A stretch of 64,000 nucleotides of DNA from the NCBI GenBank assembly GCA_046290225.1, contig JBKAGE010000003.1, positions 1 to 64,000 on the forward strand, read 5' to 3'. Shown here in pieces: positions 29,782 through 39,768 of this stretch (position 1 is its first letter; the number at the start of each line of letters is the position of its first letter). A program made the position numbers and the translations under genes. Source of the stretch: Bradymonadia bacterium. Lineage in GTDB: Bacteria > Myxococcota_A > Bradymonadia > UBA7976 > UBA1532. The notes beneath the pieces are model-generated. The model made no database searches and was not told where the DNA came from. It saw only the letters and a list, made by a program, of their open reading frames with translations.

Positions 29782-31101
29782 ATGTCCCGGACGGTGTTTG
29801 TCGAGACCTACGGCTGCCAGATGAACGAATCCGACAGCGAGCTGATGTACGGCTTGCTGCGGCAGCACGGATATGCAGTGGCGGAGTCTGCCGATGATGC
29901 AGACGTCGTATTGCTCAACACCTGTGCTGTGCGAGAGCGCGCAGAAGAGCGCATCTTCGGTCGACTCGGCTGGCTCAAATCGCTCAAAGCAGAGAAACCC
30001 GACGTGGTCCTCGGCGTCACCGGCTGTATGGCCGAGCGCATGAAGCAGAAGCTCTTCGAGCGGGCCCCCTACGTCGACATGGTCATCGGCCCCGATGCGT
30101 ACCGGCGTTTGCCCGATCTCGTAGCAGAGGCTCAGGGCGAGGAGGCGGATCCCCTCGTCGACGTGCGGCTCGATCGCAAGGAACTGTACCAGGGGATGGA
30201 GGTCGATCGCGTGCCCGGAGTGAGCGGCTGGCTCACGATCATGCGAGGCTGCGACAAATTCTGCACCTTCTGCATCGTGCCCTTTGTGCGCGGTCGCGAG
30301 CGGAGCCTGCCCCCTGAAGAGGTGGTACAGCAGGCAGAGACCATGGTGGCTCAGGGCTTCAAGGAGATCACGCTCCTCGGTCAGACGGTTTCCAGTTACT
30401 ACGAGCGGGGCTGTGACTTTGCGGATCTACTGCGCAGGGTACACGCCGTCGAAGGCCTCGAGCGTATCCGGTACACGTCGCCTTATCCGAACGACTTCAG
30501 CGATCGCCTGCTGGACACGCTCGCAGAGCTGCCCAAGGTGGGTCGGCACATCCATCTGCCAGTGCAGAGCGGCAGTGATCGGATTTTGCGGGACATGCGC
30601 CGCGGACACACCGCCGAGGCCTATCTGGAGCGGGTGGCCAAGATCCGTGAGAAGTTGCCCGAGCATGCACTCACCACCGACATCATCGTGGGATACCCCT
30701 CCGAGACGGAGGCTGACTTCGAGGCCACGATGAAGTTGATGGAGCAGGCCCGCTTCTCCAGCGCCTTCATGTTCCACTACAGCGAGCGGGAAGGCACGCT
30801 TGCCGCCCGTCAGCGTGAGGACGACATCCCGCTCGAGATCAAGAAGGCCCGTCTCAAGCGCCTCATCGACATGCAAGAGGCCATCAGCGGCGAGGTACAC
30901 CAGGCCATGGTGGGCCGCGAGGTCGAGGTTTTGATTCAGGGGCCCACAAAGCGCGATCCGAGCAAGGTGCTCGGCCGGACCAGCTGTTTCAAGACCACGA
31001 TCTTCCCGAGCGAGTTCCTGCCAGCGCCAGGCACGCTGGTGAAGGGCAGGGTGGTCCGGGCCACGAGCCACACTCTCTTTGCCGAGCCCACGGTGGCCTG
31101 A
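29782..31101 (+). CDS. miaB: tRNA-2-methylthio-N6-dimethylallyladenosine synthase
   Basis: TYGCQMN, NTCAVRE, GVTGCMA, radical-SAM CDKFCTFC, HLPVQSGS, C-terminal TRAM domain. Confidence 0.95.
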   Translation: MSRTVFVETYGCQMNESDSELMYGLLRQHGYAVAESADDADVVLLNTCAVRERAEERIFGRLGWLKSLKAEKPDVVLGVTGCMAERMKQKLFERAPYVDMVIGPDAYRRLPDLVAEAQGEEADPLVDVRLDRKELYQGMEVDRVPGVSGWLTIMRGCDKFCTFCIVPFVRGRERSLPPEEVVQQAETMVAQGFKEITLLGQTVSSYYERGCDFADLLRRVHAVEGLERIRYTSPYPNDFSDRLLDTLAELPKVGRHIHLPVQSGSDRILRDMRRGHTAEAYLERVAKIREKLPEHALTTDIIVGYPSETEADFEATMKLMEQARFSSAFMFHYSEREGTLAARQREDDIPLEIKKARLKRLIDMQEAISGEVHQAMVGREVEVLIQGPTKRDPSKVLGRTSCFKTTIFPSEFLPAPGTLVKGRVVRATSHTLFAEPTVA

Positions 31102-31104
31102 GCG

Positions 31105-32397
31105 ATGGCTCACCTGCGGGATCCGATCCACGGCCGCATTCCCGTCAACTCCGGTGAGTTGAGGGTCATCGATCATCGCGTCTATCAGCGCCTGAGAGCC
31201 ATCAAACAGCTCGGGTTCACGGATCTGGCGTTTCCCGGCGCCACCCACACCCGCTTTGTCCACAGTTTGGGCGCGATGCACCTGGGTGGGCAGATGTTCG
31301 ACGCGCTCTTCCCCGAAGATGACTGCCCATTCGATCCGTTGGTTCGCCTGAGACTCCGGCAGACGATCCGTTTGTCGTTGATGCTCCATGACGTAGGGCA
31401 CCCGCCCATGTCTCATGCAGGTGAATCACCCATGCCGCTGCGATCAGCTCTCGATCTGGAGTGTTTTTCGCCTGAGGAGAGAGGGCGGCGGGCCACCCAC
31501 GAGGACTTCACGGTCCTTCTCCTGACATGCTCTTCGCTGAGTGGACTTCTCGAAGAGGCCTTTGGTGACTTTGGCATCACACCGAGGCAGGTGGCCCATC
31601 TGATCTCTGGCCGGTTCCCAGATGAGGCCCCAGCATTTGTGGTGGGCGGCGTAGACTACTTTCCGATCCTCAGTCAGCTCGTCAGCGGAGAGATGGATGC
31701 GGATCGCATGGACTACTTGCAGCGTGATGCACACCACACCGGCGTCAACTACGGTCGGTTCGACCAGGACTGGTTGTTGGAGAACCTGTGTGTGCACTAT
31801 GCCGACGACAATCAGGCCTACCTGGCACTGCGGCATCGAGCGATCTTTGCATTCGAGGATTTCCTGCTCAGCCGGCACCACATGTTCCTCAGCGTCTATC
31901 ACCACTACATTCCGGTGAACTTCGATCATATGCTCGCGCGGTATTACGCTGAGGATCCGAATGCTTTCGAGCTGCCTGTTGATGCAGAGGCTTATGCCAG
32001 AGTGGATGACATTTCACTCTACAGCGCGATCCGTCGATCGCAGCATGAGTGGGCACGTCGGATCGATGGCCGTGAGGTCTACCACCGGCTGGTAGAGCTC
32101 AATGATGACGAAGTGGCCGATATCGAGCAGATGTCAGAGGCGCTGGAGAGCGCTGGTGTTGAGTGTTTCACCAGCCACAATACCAGCGCAATCTCAGCGT
32201 ACTTTGGTCGTGGAGATCACGGGAACCGGCCGCTCTTCGCCGTGAACCGGGCTGCGGGCCAGGCGATGCCGGTCAACGCCTACTCCAAGCTTTACGAGAG
32301 ATACGCTCAGCCCACCCGCTTGAGTCGGATCTACTGTCGTCCGGAGCATACCCATGCCGCCAGAGACGTCGTAAGGCCCTGGCTCAGCGGCATCTGA
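31105..32397 (+). CDS. HD-domain phosphohydrolase (dNTPase/SAMHD1-like, COG1078 type)
   Basis: DPIHG, QRLRxIKQLG, HTRFVHSLG, LHDVGHPPMSH, DADRMDY. Confidence 0.88.
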   Translation: MAHLRDPIHGRIPVNSGELRVIDHRVYQRLRAIKQLGFTDLAFPGATHTRFVHSLGAMHLGGQMFDALFPEDDCPFDPLVRLRLRQTIRLSLMLHDVGHPPMSHAGESPMPLRSALDLECFSPEERGRRATHEDFTVLLLTCSSLSGLLEEAFGDFGITPRQVAHLISGRFPDEAPAFVVGGVDYFPILSQLVSGEMDADRMDYLQRDAHHTGVNYGRFDQDWLLENLCVHYADDNQAYLALRHRAIFAFEDFLLSRHHMFLSVYHHYIPVNFDHMLARYYAEDPNAFELPVDAEAYARVDDISLYSAIRRSQHEWARRIDGREVYHRLVELNDDEVADIEQMSEALESAGVECFTSHNTSAISAYFGRGDHGNRPLFAVNRAAGQAMPVNAYSKLYERYAQPTRLSRIYCRPEHTHAARDVVRPWLSGI

Positions 32398-32416
32398 TTC
32401 ATCTGACAGCGCTGTT

Positions 32417-34858
32417 TTACGCTTGGGCCCTCGGCGAAGTCTTCTTTGTCTTCCGTGGTGAGGCTTTCTTGGGCGGAACCACTGAGGATCGAGCTGACAT
32501 ATCGATCCCCAGGGCGATCTTCAGAACCTCTTCCATTCGTTCGACTGGATGAAAAGTGATGAGATCCCGAATGTTGGAGGGGATCTCTTCGAGATCTCCC
32601 GCATTGCGCTTGGGCAGAATGATCTCGGTCATGCCAGCGCGCGCTGCGGCGATGACCTTCTCTTTGATGCCACCCACCGGAAGCACGACGCCTCGAAGCG
32701 TAATTTCGCCTGTCATGGCCAGATCCGGGCGGCCTTTGGTGCCGGTGAGCAGAGATACAAGCGCTACGAGCATGGTGACCCCAGCACTCGGTCCATCCTT
32801 GGGGATGGCGCCGCTGGGCACGTGCACGTGAATGTTGCGATCTTTGAAGAGGGCCTCGTCGATGCCCAACAGATCGGCTCTGGCATGCACATAGGACAGT
32901 GTTGCCTGCGCTGATTCCTGCATGACTTCACCGAGCTTGCCGGTGAGCGTGAGCTTGCCACTGCCCACCATGGAGGTGGCTTCGATGATGAGGATGTCGC
33001 CCCCGACAGGCGTCCAGGCGAGGCCCACAGCGGTGCCTGGTGTGGTCACCTCTTCTGCGGATTCCGGGAAATAGCGTTGGGGCCCGAGAGCGTGGCGGAT
33101 CCGGTCTTTGTCCACGGTGATGGGCAGGTCTACGTCCTCAGTGGCGACATCTCTCGCCACGGTTCGAAGCACTCCGGCGATTTGGCGGTTGAAGCCCCGT
33201 ACACCTGCTTCTCGGGTGTACTGACTCACAACACTGCGGATGGCCTCGGTCGGGAACACTACCTGGTCCTGCTCGAGCCCGTGATCTTCGATCTGGCGTC
33301 GCAGGAGATGTGCCTCGGCGATGGCGACCTTCTCGTCTTCGATGTACCCAGGCAGTTCGATCAGCTCCATGCGATCGAGCAGGGGCGCCGGGATGGTGTC
33401 CGCTCTATTGGCCGTCGTGAGAAACAAGACCTGTGACAAGTCCACAGGCACTTCCAGGTAGTGGTCACTGAAGGTGTCGTTCTGTTCGGGATCGAGGACC
33501 TCGAGCAAAGCAGACGCCGGATCCCCCCGAAAGTCGTTGCCGAGTTTGTCGATCTCGTCAAGGACGAAGACTGGGTTCATCGTGCCCGCTTTTTTGAGGC
33601 CCTTGACGATGCGGCCGGGGAGAGCGCCGATGTACGTGCGACGGTGCCCGCGGATCTCGGATTCGTCTTTGACCCCGCCCAGGCTGATGCGCACGAAGGT
33701 ACGCCCGAGGGCTTCGGCGACGGACTTGCCCAGAGAGGTCTTGCCCACACCAGGCGGTCCCACCAGACAGAGGATCGGCCCCTTCAAGTCGCCTTTGAGC
33801 TTGCGTACGGCGAGAAACTCGACGATGCGCCGCTTCACCTTGTCCAGACCATGGTGATCAGCATCGAGGGTGGCGCGGGCCTCGCGAATGTCGATGGTAT
33901 CCGTCGTCACTTCTGCCCAGGGCATATCGAGCAGCCAGTCCAAGTAGGTTCTGGCCACTGAAGCCTCAGCGCTCTGGGGATTCATCCTGCCCAGGCGTCG
34001 GAGTGCCTTCTTCGCTGCTTTCAGTGGGGCTTCGGGCATCTGGGCGTCGTGAATACGCGCAGCCAACTCGTCGAGGTCATCATCGTCGCCAAACTCTTCG
34101 CCGAGCTCTTTGCGGATCGCCTTCAGCTGCTCGCGCAGGTAGACCTCTCTCTGATGTTTGTCGAGAGAGTCACGGACCTCACTGCGGATCCGACCTGAAA
34201 TTTCGAGGACTTCAGCCTCTCGTGCCAACAAGATGAGCAGGCTGCCCAGGCGGGCATTGACTGAGGTTTCTTCCAGGAGACTCTGCTTCTCCTCCTGGTT
34301 GAGGCGCATCTGGGTGATGACCAGGTCGGCGAGATGCGCTGGATCCTCGATGCCCTCCACGACATTGAGCGCTTCGTCGGGGATCCGTGGTGAGAGGTGA
34401 ATGACCCTGCCCACCATCTCCTTCATGGTGCGGATCATGGCCTCGGTTTCGGGATCCGTCGGATCGGCATCATCGAAGACGGGTTCGAGGGATGCGCGGA
34501 GATGACCATCAACCTCACGGTATTCTACGACCCGGGCCCGTGTGATGCCTTCGAGCAGCAGGTCGTGGGTGTCGTCGCTGCCCGCTGTCAGTCTGAGGAT
34601 TCGAGCGATCGTGCCGAATGAGTAGAGACCGTCTATCTCGGGCTCGTCTTCTTCGGGATCTCGTTGACTGACGACGAGGACGTGGTCGCTCTCAAGCTGA
34701 GCCTGCTCCAGGGCCAGAAGGGTCTGCCTTCGACCGACCGACAAGGGAATCGGCAGGCTCGGTATGGGGAAGACCACGGCGTTCTTCACCGCGATGACCG
34801 GCATGTCGTCTGGCAAGTTCGAACGACGGTCGTCGTGGGGCGTCTGCGTGTCGTGCAT
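32417..34858 (-). CDS. lon: ATP-dependent protease La
   Basis: LON N-domain, GPPGVGKTS, HRRTYIG, LDEIDK, PKDGPSAG, VGGIKEK; start approximate. Confidence 0.96.
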   Translation of the reverse strand: MHDTQTPHDDRRSNLPDDMPVIAVKNAVVFPIPSLPIPLSVGRRQTLLALEQAQLESDHVLVVSQRDPEEDEPEIDGLYSFGTIARILRLTAGSDDTHDLLLEGITRARVVEYREVDGHLRASLEPVFDDADPTDPETEAMIRTMKEMVGRVIHLSPRIPDEALNVVEGIEDPAHLADLVITQMRLNQEEKQSLLEETSVNARLGSLLILLAREAEVLEISGRIRSEVRDSLDKHQREVYLREQLKAIRKELGEEFGDDDDLDELAARIHDAQMPEAPLKAAKKALRRLGRMNPQSAEASVARTYLDWLLDMPWAEVTTDTIDIREARATLDADHHGLDKVKRRIVEFLAVRKLKGDLKGPILCLVGPPGVGKTSLGKSVAEALGRTFVRISLGGVKDESEIRGHRRTYIGALPGRIVKGLKKAGTMNPVFVLDEIDKLGNDFRGDPASALLEVLDPEQNDTFSDHYLEVPVDLSQVLFLTTANRADTIPAPLLDRMELIELPGYIEDEKVAIAEAHLLRRQIEDHGLEQDQVVFPTEAIRSVVSQYTREAGVRGFNRQIAGVLRTVARDVATEDVDLPITVDKDRIRHALGPQRYFPESAEEVTTPGTAVGLAWTPVGGDILIIEATSMVGSGKLTLTGKLGEVMQESAQATLSYVHARADLLGIDEALFKDRNIHVHVPSGAIPKDGPSAGVTMLVALVSLLTGTKGRPDLAMTGEITLRGVVLPVGGIKEKVIAAARAGMTEIILPKRNAGDLEEIPSNIRDLITFHPVERMEEVLKIALGIDMSARSSVVPPKKASPRKTKKTSPRAQA

Positions 34859-34951
34859 GAGGGCTCGGCTCTCGAGAGAATGTATACGGCGGCTTAGGGT
34901 GGGCACCGTCGAGGGAAATGCAAGGGCCTCGGGGATAATGGTGGGGTGAGA

Positions 34952-35500
34952 TCAGGGGGCGAAAGGATCGCCGAGGGTCCACCGGCGTCCCAGGCGCACG
35001 CCGATGGTGATGTAGCCAGGAAACTCGCCCTCACCCTCCATGAGCGCATGAGCGCGTACCGCAACGCCGATCGTCGTCTCCGGGCTCTGTAGCCAGTCCA
35101 CTCCGACACCGACTGCAACCGACAGGCCCGAGTAGGGTGCGTCGCCTTCGGTCAAGAAATAAGTGGGAGAGACTTCGATCCACGGCACGTAGGTGAAGAC
35201 ATCGAGCAGATAGCGTACCCCGACGCTGGGCTGGTAAGCGGTGAAGGCCCGGTTGGCGCTGTCGTGGCGTGCGAGGGCATATCCTGCTCGGAAGCTCCAC
35301 ATTGCGTTGGGGGTGTAGGCGAAATCGGCAGCCCCGTACCCACCGTCAATGCGATTGTTTTCCTGGTCCGAGATGCAGGCATAACCGAGCTCGCCGTCCA
35401 GTCGGAGGCTGCCATCTTCCTGCGCAAGTGCTGTGCTGCTCCAAGACAAAAGCGACACAGCGAAAATGGCCCGAATGAACAGGAGTGAGAAGACGTTCAT
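34952..35500 (-). CDS. Small outer-membrane beta-barrel-like protein
   Basis: Signal peptide (ALA-Q), alternating beta-strand pattern, YLLDVFTYVPW. Confidence 0.6.
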   Translation of the reverse strand: MNVFSLLFIRAIFAVSLLSWSSTALAQEDGSLRLDGELGYACISDQENNRIDGGYGAADFAYTPNAMWSFRAGYALARHDSANRAFTAYQPSVGVRYLLDVFTYVPWIEVSPTYFLTEGDAPYSGLSVAVGVGVDWLQSPETTIGVAVRAHALMEGEGEFPGYITIGVRLGRRWTLGDPFAP

Positions 35501-35588
35501 GCAGTGGATGCTCTGTTGCGGTCGTGGGCCCACGGGTGATCGCTGGCACGGTAGGGCCAGATGACAAGTGGGTCAAGGCGGGCCGTCG

Positions 35589-35617
35589 TTGACACCGATC
35601 GCCCTCAGTGGTAATCA
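35589..35617 (+). promoter_or_regulatory. Candidate sigma70 promoter for the yfgM/bamB-like pair
   Basis: TTGACA-N17-TAATCA with a TG extended -10. Confidence 0.45.
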
Positions 35618-35666
35618 GCCCTGCTTCAATCTACACATCCAGAGCGCATGAGCAGGAGCCCACGCG

Positions 35667-36635
35667 GTGGTTAAGAAAATCAAGAAGCGGATCCCCAAGC
35701 AGCCCGCTGATGTTGATGCCGGCCTGAGCCCCGATGTCGCTGATGGCGGCGTGAGTCCCAGTGATGGGGGTGATCTCGCCACGCTTGCGGCTCCGGCCAC
35801 TGCCGCTGCGGCTTCCACGGCTTCTGCAGCCGTCTCTGCCTCTACCTCAATCGTGCCCGACAGCACATCGACTGATGATGATGGGTTCGGTGATGAGGAC
35901 GAGGTGCCTTCCGGCAAGCTCGATTTCGGTGACATCGCTGAAGACGACTTCGGTCGCGCCACTGCACGTGGTCTGCAGTGGCTCGTCGAGCGCAAGGGCC
36001 TCGTCATTGGGGTGGCGCTCGCCGCGCTGGGTGCCTCCATTGGTGTCTGGTACTCCAACAGCAGCAGTGCCGCGGAGAAGGCCACCACGGCGAAGAGCTT
36101 CTTCAGTGGCACTGAGAGTTTCACTGAGGCCAATGCCCCTGCAGACAAAGACAAGCCAGTCGACACTGCCGCGCTCGTGGAGAGTGCCCGGGCTGACTTC
36201 GATCGGCTCAAGAAGGCAGGGCAGGGGACGCCCCTCGCTCAACTGGCCGATCTGGGCCTCGCCGGCGCTGCTTTCAAGCAAGGCAAGACCAAGGATGCTG
36301 TAGACGGCTACGCCAGCGTTGCCTCCGGGTCCAAGGATCCTATGCTCAAGGCGGTTGCCATTCACGGTCGTGCCGTGGCCTGGGAAGATGCGAAGAATTA
36401 CGGCGAAGCCGTGAAGGCGTGGCAGACCCTCGCCGAGGTCGACAAGCCAGCTTTCGGTTTGCTTTCGGGCATTCAGGTCGGCCGTCTCCTCGAGGCTGAA
36501 GGTAAGAGCGCCGAGGCCAAGACTCATTACGAGACCATGCAGAAAGATTTTGCAGAGGATCTCGAGAAGCCCGCCAACCGCTCCGTCAAAGCTGACATCG
36601 AGCGTCGGATCGCACGCCTCAAGGGCGGTGCCTGA
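35667..36635 (+). CDS. YfgM-like membrane-anchored TPR protein
   Basis: Low-complexity N-terminus, one TM helix, TPR-like helices; directly upstream of a BamB-like gene. Confidence 0.7.
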   Translation: MVKKIKKRIPKQPADVDAGLSPDVADGGVSPSDGGDLATLAAPATAAAASTASAAVSASTSIVPDSTSTDDDGFGDEDEVPSGKLDFGDIAEDDFGRATARGLQWLVERKGLVIGVALAALGASIGVWYSNSSSAAEKATTAKSFFSGTESFTEANAPADKDKPVDTAALVESARADFDRLKKAGQGTPLAQLADLGLAGAAFKQGKTKDAVDGYASVASGSKDPMLKAVAIHGRAVAWEDAKNYGEAVKAWQTLAEVDKPAFGLLSGIQVGRLLEAEGKSAEAKTHYETMQKDFAEDLEKPANRSVKADIERRIARLKGGA

Positions 36636-36640
36636 GCCTG

Positions 36641-37939
36641 ATGTTCAAAATCTCAGTCCTCGCTGGCCTTTGTTGTCTACCTTTCGGATGCGCCCGTCCG
36701 ATCGGCCTCCCTGGGGACGAGCTGCCACACACAGGCAAGGCAAAGCGTCTGATGCCGACGCACCTCAGCCCAGGTTGGCGTCGCGATTTCAGCGAGGGTC
36801 GTCTCGAGACACTCAAGGGTGTTCAGCTGGCGTCACCGGCTGTTGACGTTGCACGTAACCGCCTCTGCCTGGGCACACCAGATGGCCATCTCGAGTGTAT
36901 GACTGCGAGTGGTGGTCAAACCCTCTGGCGTAAACGGATCCCCCCGCGCAAGGCCGGGCAAGAAGGTACACCTCTGAATCTCGAGGCTGCAGCAGCTGTT
37001 GCCGAAGCCGAAGCAGATAAAGAGAAGATCAGGCGGACCTCGAGTCACAGCGCCATCTTCGATGGTGGACAGCTGATCGTCGGCACGGATGACGGTCTTC
37101 TGTTGTGTTTGGATTCAGCCTCTGGTGAGGAGATCTGGCGTTACGAAGTGCCTGGTGCGCTGATTCGAAAGCCATTGCTGGTCAAGGATCGCGTGGTTTT
37201 TGTAGATGGCACCAACACTGTTTACGCCCTTGATCGGAACACCGGTGCGTGGGTCTGGCAGGTTCAACGGCCACCGCCGGCGGAGTTCGCGCTTTCGAGC
37301 GAGGGCGCGCCAGCAAGTGATGGTGAGCGCGTTTACGTCGGTTTTTCAGATGGCCACCTCGTAGCTCTGAGCCTTCAAGATGGTGCTCAGATCTGGAAGC
37401 GTGATCTGGCGCCCGAGCATGACAAGTTCGAGGATGTCGACGCGACCCCGCAGGTCATCAATGGGACTCTATATGCTGCCTCTGCGGCTTCAGCGCTCTA
37501 TGCACTTGATCCCAGTACTGGTGATGTCCGGTGGACTCAACCCATCGAAGGGATCGTAGGGCTTCACGCTTTCCAGGGTGATCTCATCGCTTCTACCGAT
37601 CGTTCGACTGTGATCAGACTATCAGGCCATGACGGGAGCAGACGATGGCGCCTGCGTTATCCTGGCGGAGCAGCAAATGAGGCTGTGACAGCTGGCCAAT
37701 ATGTCGTGGTGACTCTTGCAGAGATCGGTTTGCAGTTCATCAACCCCCATACAGGGCAGCCCATACAGCGGTTCAATCCCGGTCATGGTGTGAGTGCACC
37801 GGCAACAGTGACTCCGGAAGGGCACGTTTACTTTGTCGGTGATGGCGGGGTGCTCTACAGCCTCGTTCACAGAAAAACCGGACCTGGCCGGAGTACTCGA
37901 TCCGAAGCGCCTTTTGGTCACTACGGTTTGGACAACTGA
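36641..37939 (+). CDS. PQQ-like beta-propeller lipoprotein (BamB-like)
   Basis: Lipobox-like PFGC; repeated ALDxxTGxxxW blades; DVDATP motif typical of BamB. Confidence 0.8.
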   Translation: MFKISVLAGLCCLPFGCARPIGLPGDELPHTGKAKRLMPTHLSPGWRRDFSEGRLETLKGVQLASPAVDVARNRLCLGTPDGHLECMTASGGQTLWRKRIPPRKAGQEGTPLNLEAAAAVAEAEADKEKIRRTSSHSAIFDGGQLIVGTDDGLLLCLDSASGEEIWRYEVPGALIRKPLLVKDRVVFVDGTNTVYALDRNTGAWVWQVQRPPPAEFALSSEGAPASDGERVYVGFSDGHLVALSLQDGAQIWKRDLAPEHDKFEDVDATPQVINGTLYAASAASALYALDPSTGDVRWTQPIEGIVGLHAFQGDLIASTDRSTVIRLSGHDGSRRWRLRYPGGAANEAVTAGQYVVVTLAEIGLQFINPHTGQPIQRFNPGHGVSAPATVTPEGHVYFVGDGGVLYSLVHRKTGPGRSTRSEAPFGHYGLDN

Positions 37940-38081
37940 TTTTTCGGTGAAAAGCAGTTGAGTAGGAGAGGGATCCTGGTTCCTTCTTCTGCTCAACCTG
38001 TCATCTAGTTTACATAATATACATTGTGCGACTTTTGGCGACGACGGGAGAATGTCGGTCCCATTCGAGATTCTTAGGCCT

Positions 38082-39695
38082 TCAGCCCCGCGCGGACGTC
38101 TTGAGTTTACGTTGTACGTAAAGAAGTTCGCTTTGGGCCTCAGTTGCCCCAGCGTTCACTGAGAGTGCTTGTTTGAAGTACTTCTGGGCGTTCTGCCAGT
38201 CACCACGATTGCGATACAAACGACCAAGATAGATGTAAGGCTCTTCACGTGGCGGGTTCTGGTCGACGAGCTGCTTTAGTTCGGCGAACCCTCTGCTCTG
38301 AGGAGACTGAACAGCGTCTATATAGGCCATCCCGGAGAGAGCCACGATCTCCTCTGCATTGAGCAAGAGCGCTTCCTGGAAACGACGTCGAGCCACATCG
38401 AGCTCGCCATTCTTGAGCAGTCGAGTGCCTTCCTTTACAAGACGCTCACTCTGTAGAGCGGACTGAACCATACTCGCGGCATCTTGCCCTGGTGTGCCCA
38501 TGGACAAGCTCAAGTCGTAGTTTCGCCTCTTCTCGTCATCGATCAATACGTGGTAGGCCCGGTTGATCTCCATGAAGACCTTCTTGACCCGGCTCCTCAG
38601 CTCCTGATCAATCCCCAACCGAACAAACCGATCGAGATGAAAGTCTCGGGCCAGACTTCTGAACCTTTCACGGATCTGACCGGCTTCAGCCCCGGATTCC
38701 AAACCCATCAGCTCGTAATGATTAAGCTGACCCAGTTGGGCATAAAGACTCTCCGCTTGCTTCAATGCTGCACGAGCAGCCTCATCAGCCTTCCGAGCCT
38801 TTCGAATCATCGCCTCACGAGGCGCCTTCGATACTGCGTTTGATCGTGCTGGGGGCCTGGCGGCCTGTTGAGGTCCAGTCTTCGGAGCGGGCCTGACCGG
38901 GCGGCTGGAAGTTGATCCTGTAGTAGACTTCGAAGCCGGCATCTTAGGCATCACTGCTGGTCGGGGTGAAGGCGCCCTCATGCTCTGAGAAGCAGTAAAA
39001 GTGCCCAAACCGCTGATCACCAGGGTGAAAACCTGACGGATCGCCCGCTCGCCACCCCCCAAAGTCGCCAACAACTTCGAGTAGTCTGCCGGGCCATGAT
39101 TGATCGCCTGGAACACGTTTGGAGACTTGAAGAGCTTGTTGAACAGATCTTCGAGTTGATCCTGGCGAGGTCCGAGTTTCACAGCCTGATGCTGGTAGCG
39201 TTCGAGGAACAGCTGACACTGGTCCAGTGTGGCGACAAATGCACCGGCGTGGAGCAGGACATCAGGGATCGCCAGGCGGATGTCTCCCTCAAGGCGATGA
39301 GTATCGTCGGAGCTGAATTGAAAGCGCCCGTCTTCCCAACGGAAGACATCCAACAGCCGTAAGCGATGAACCGCTGCCACGTGCTGAACGAATTCGTCTC
39401 GGCGGCCAATGACCGAGGCAATGGCATCAAGTGAAGATCCACCTGTAGCCACCCTGAAGCGGCTGATGGCTTCGCCCTGGTCTGGCGTGAGCACCCTGCC
39501 CTTTACCAGGTGGTAGATCACCCCCTCGGTCTTCACGTTCGAAGACACGTGTACAACCACCCCAGAAGAAATACGGGCCTTCTTCACCAGCCGATTGTTT
39601 TGGATCGTGAGACGCCCGCTCAGGCGCCTCTCGGCGATGATCCTGAGCACCCTGTAGATGCTCAGCGGTTCGAGTTGGCCAGCAGTCAGCCCCAT
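38082..39695 (-). CDS. DUF4388 + J-like domain + TPR protein
   Basis: N-terminal DUF4388-like region (LSGRL, VFRWEDGRFQF), J-domain-like HYELMGL...FRSLARDFHLDRF...INRAYHVL...RRNYD, C-terminal TPRs. Confidence 0.8.
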   Translation of the reverse strand: MGLTAGQLEPLSIYRVLRIIAERRLSGRLTIQNNRLVKKARISSGVVVHVSSNVKTEGVIYHLVKGRVLTPDQGEAISRFRVATGGSSLDAIASVIGRRDEFVQHVAAVHRLRLLDVFRWEDGRFQFSSDDTHRLEGDIRLAIPDVLLHAGAFVATLDQCQLFLERYQHQAVKLGPRQDQLEDLFNKLFKSPNVFQAINHGPADYSKLLATLGGGERAIRQVFTLVISGLGTFTASQSMRAPSPRPAVMPKMPASKSTTGSTSSRPVRPAPKTGPQQAARPPARSNAVSKAPREAMIRKARKADEAARAALKQAESLYAQLGQLNHYELMGLESGAEAGQIRERFRSLARDFHLDRFVRLGIDQELRSRVKKVFMEINRAYHVLIDDEKRRNYDLSLSMGTPGQDAASMVQSALQSERLVKEGTRLLKNGELDVARRRFQEALLLNAEEIVALSGMAYIDAVQSPQSRGFAELKQLVDQNPPREEPYIYLGRLYRNRGDWQNAQKYFKQALSVNAGATEAQSELLYVQRKLKTSARG

Positions 39696-39768
39696 ACAGC
39701 CTCTGGTCTCCGCAGAGGAGACGTGATCAACCAGGGTGCGCCGCTGCCCGGAGGAAGGACGGCGACGT

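Noticed and set aside
36641..39695. Visibly weaker GC3 bias in the bamB-like and J-domain genes as a sign of horizontal transfer
   Set aside because: The genes look lineage-typical, the yfgM-bamB order is ancestral and there are no mobility marks. The shift was judged by eye only and may reflect low expression.
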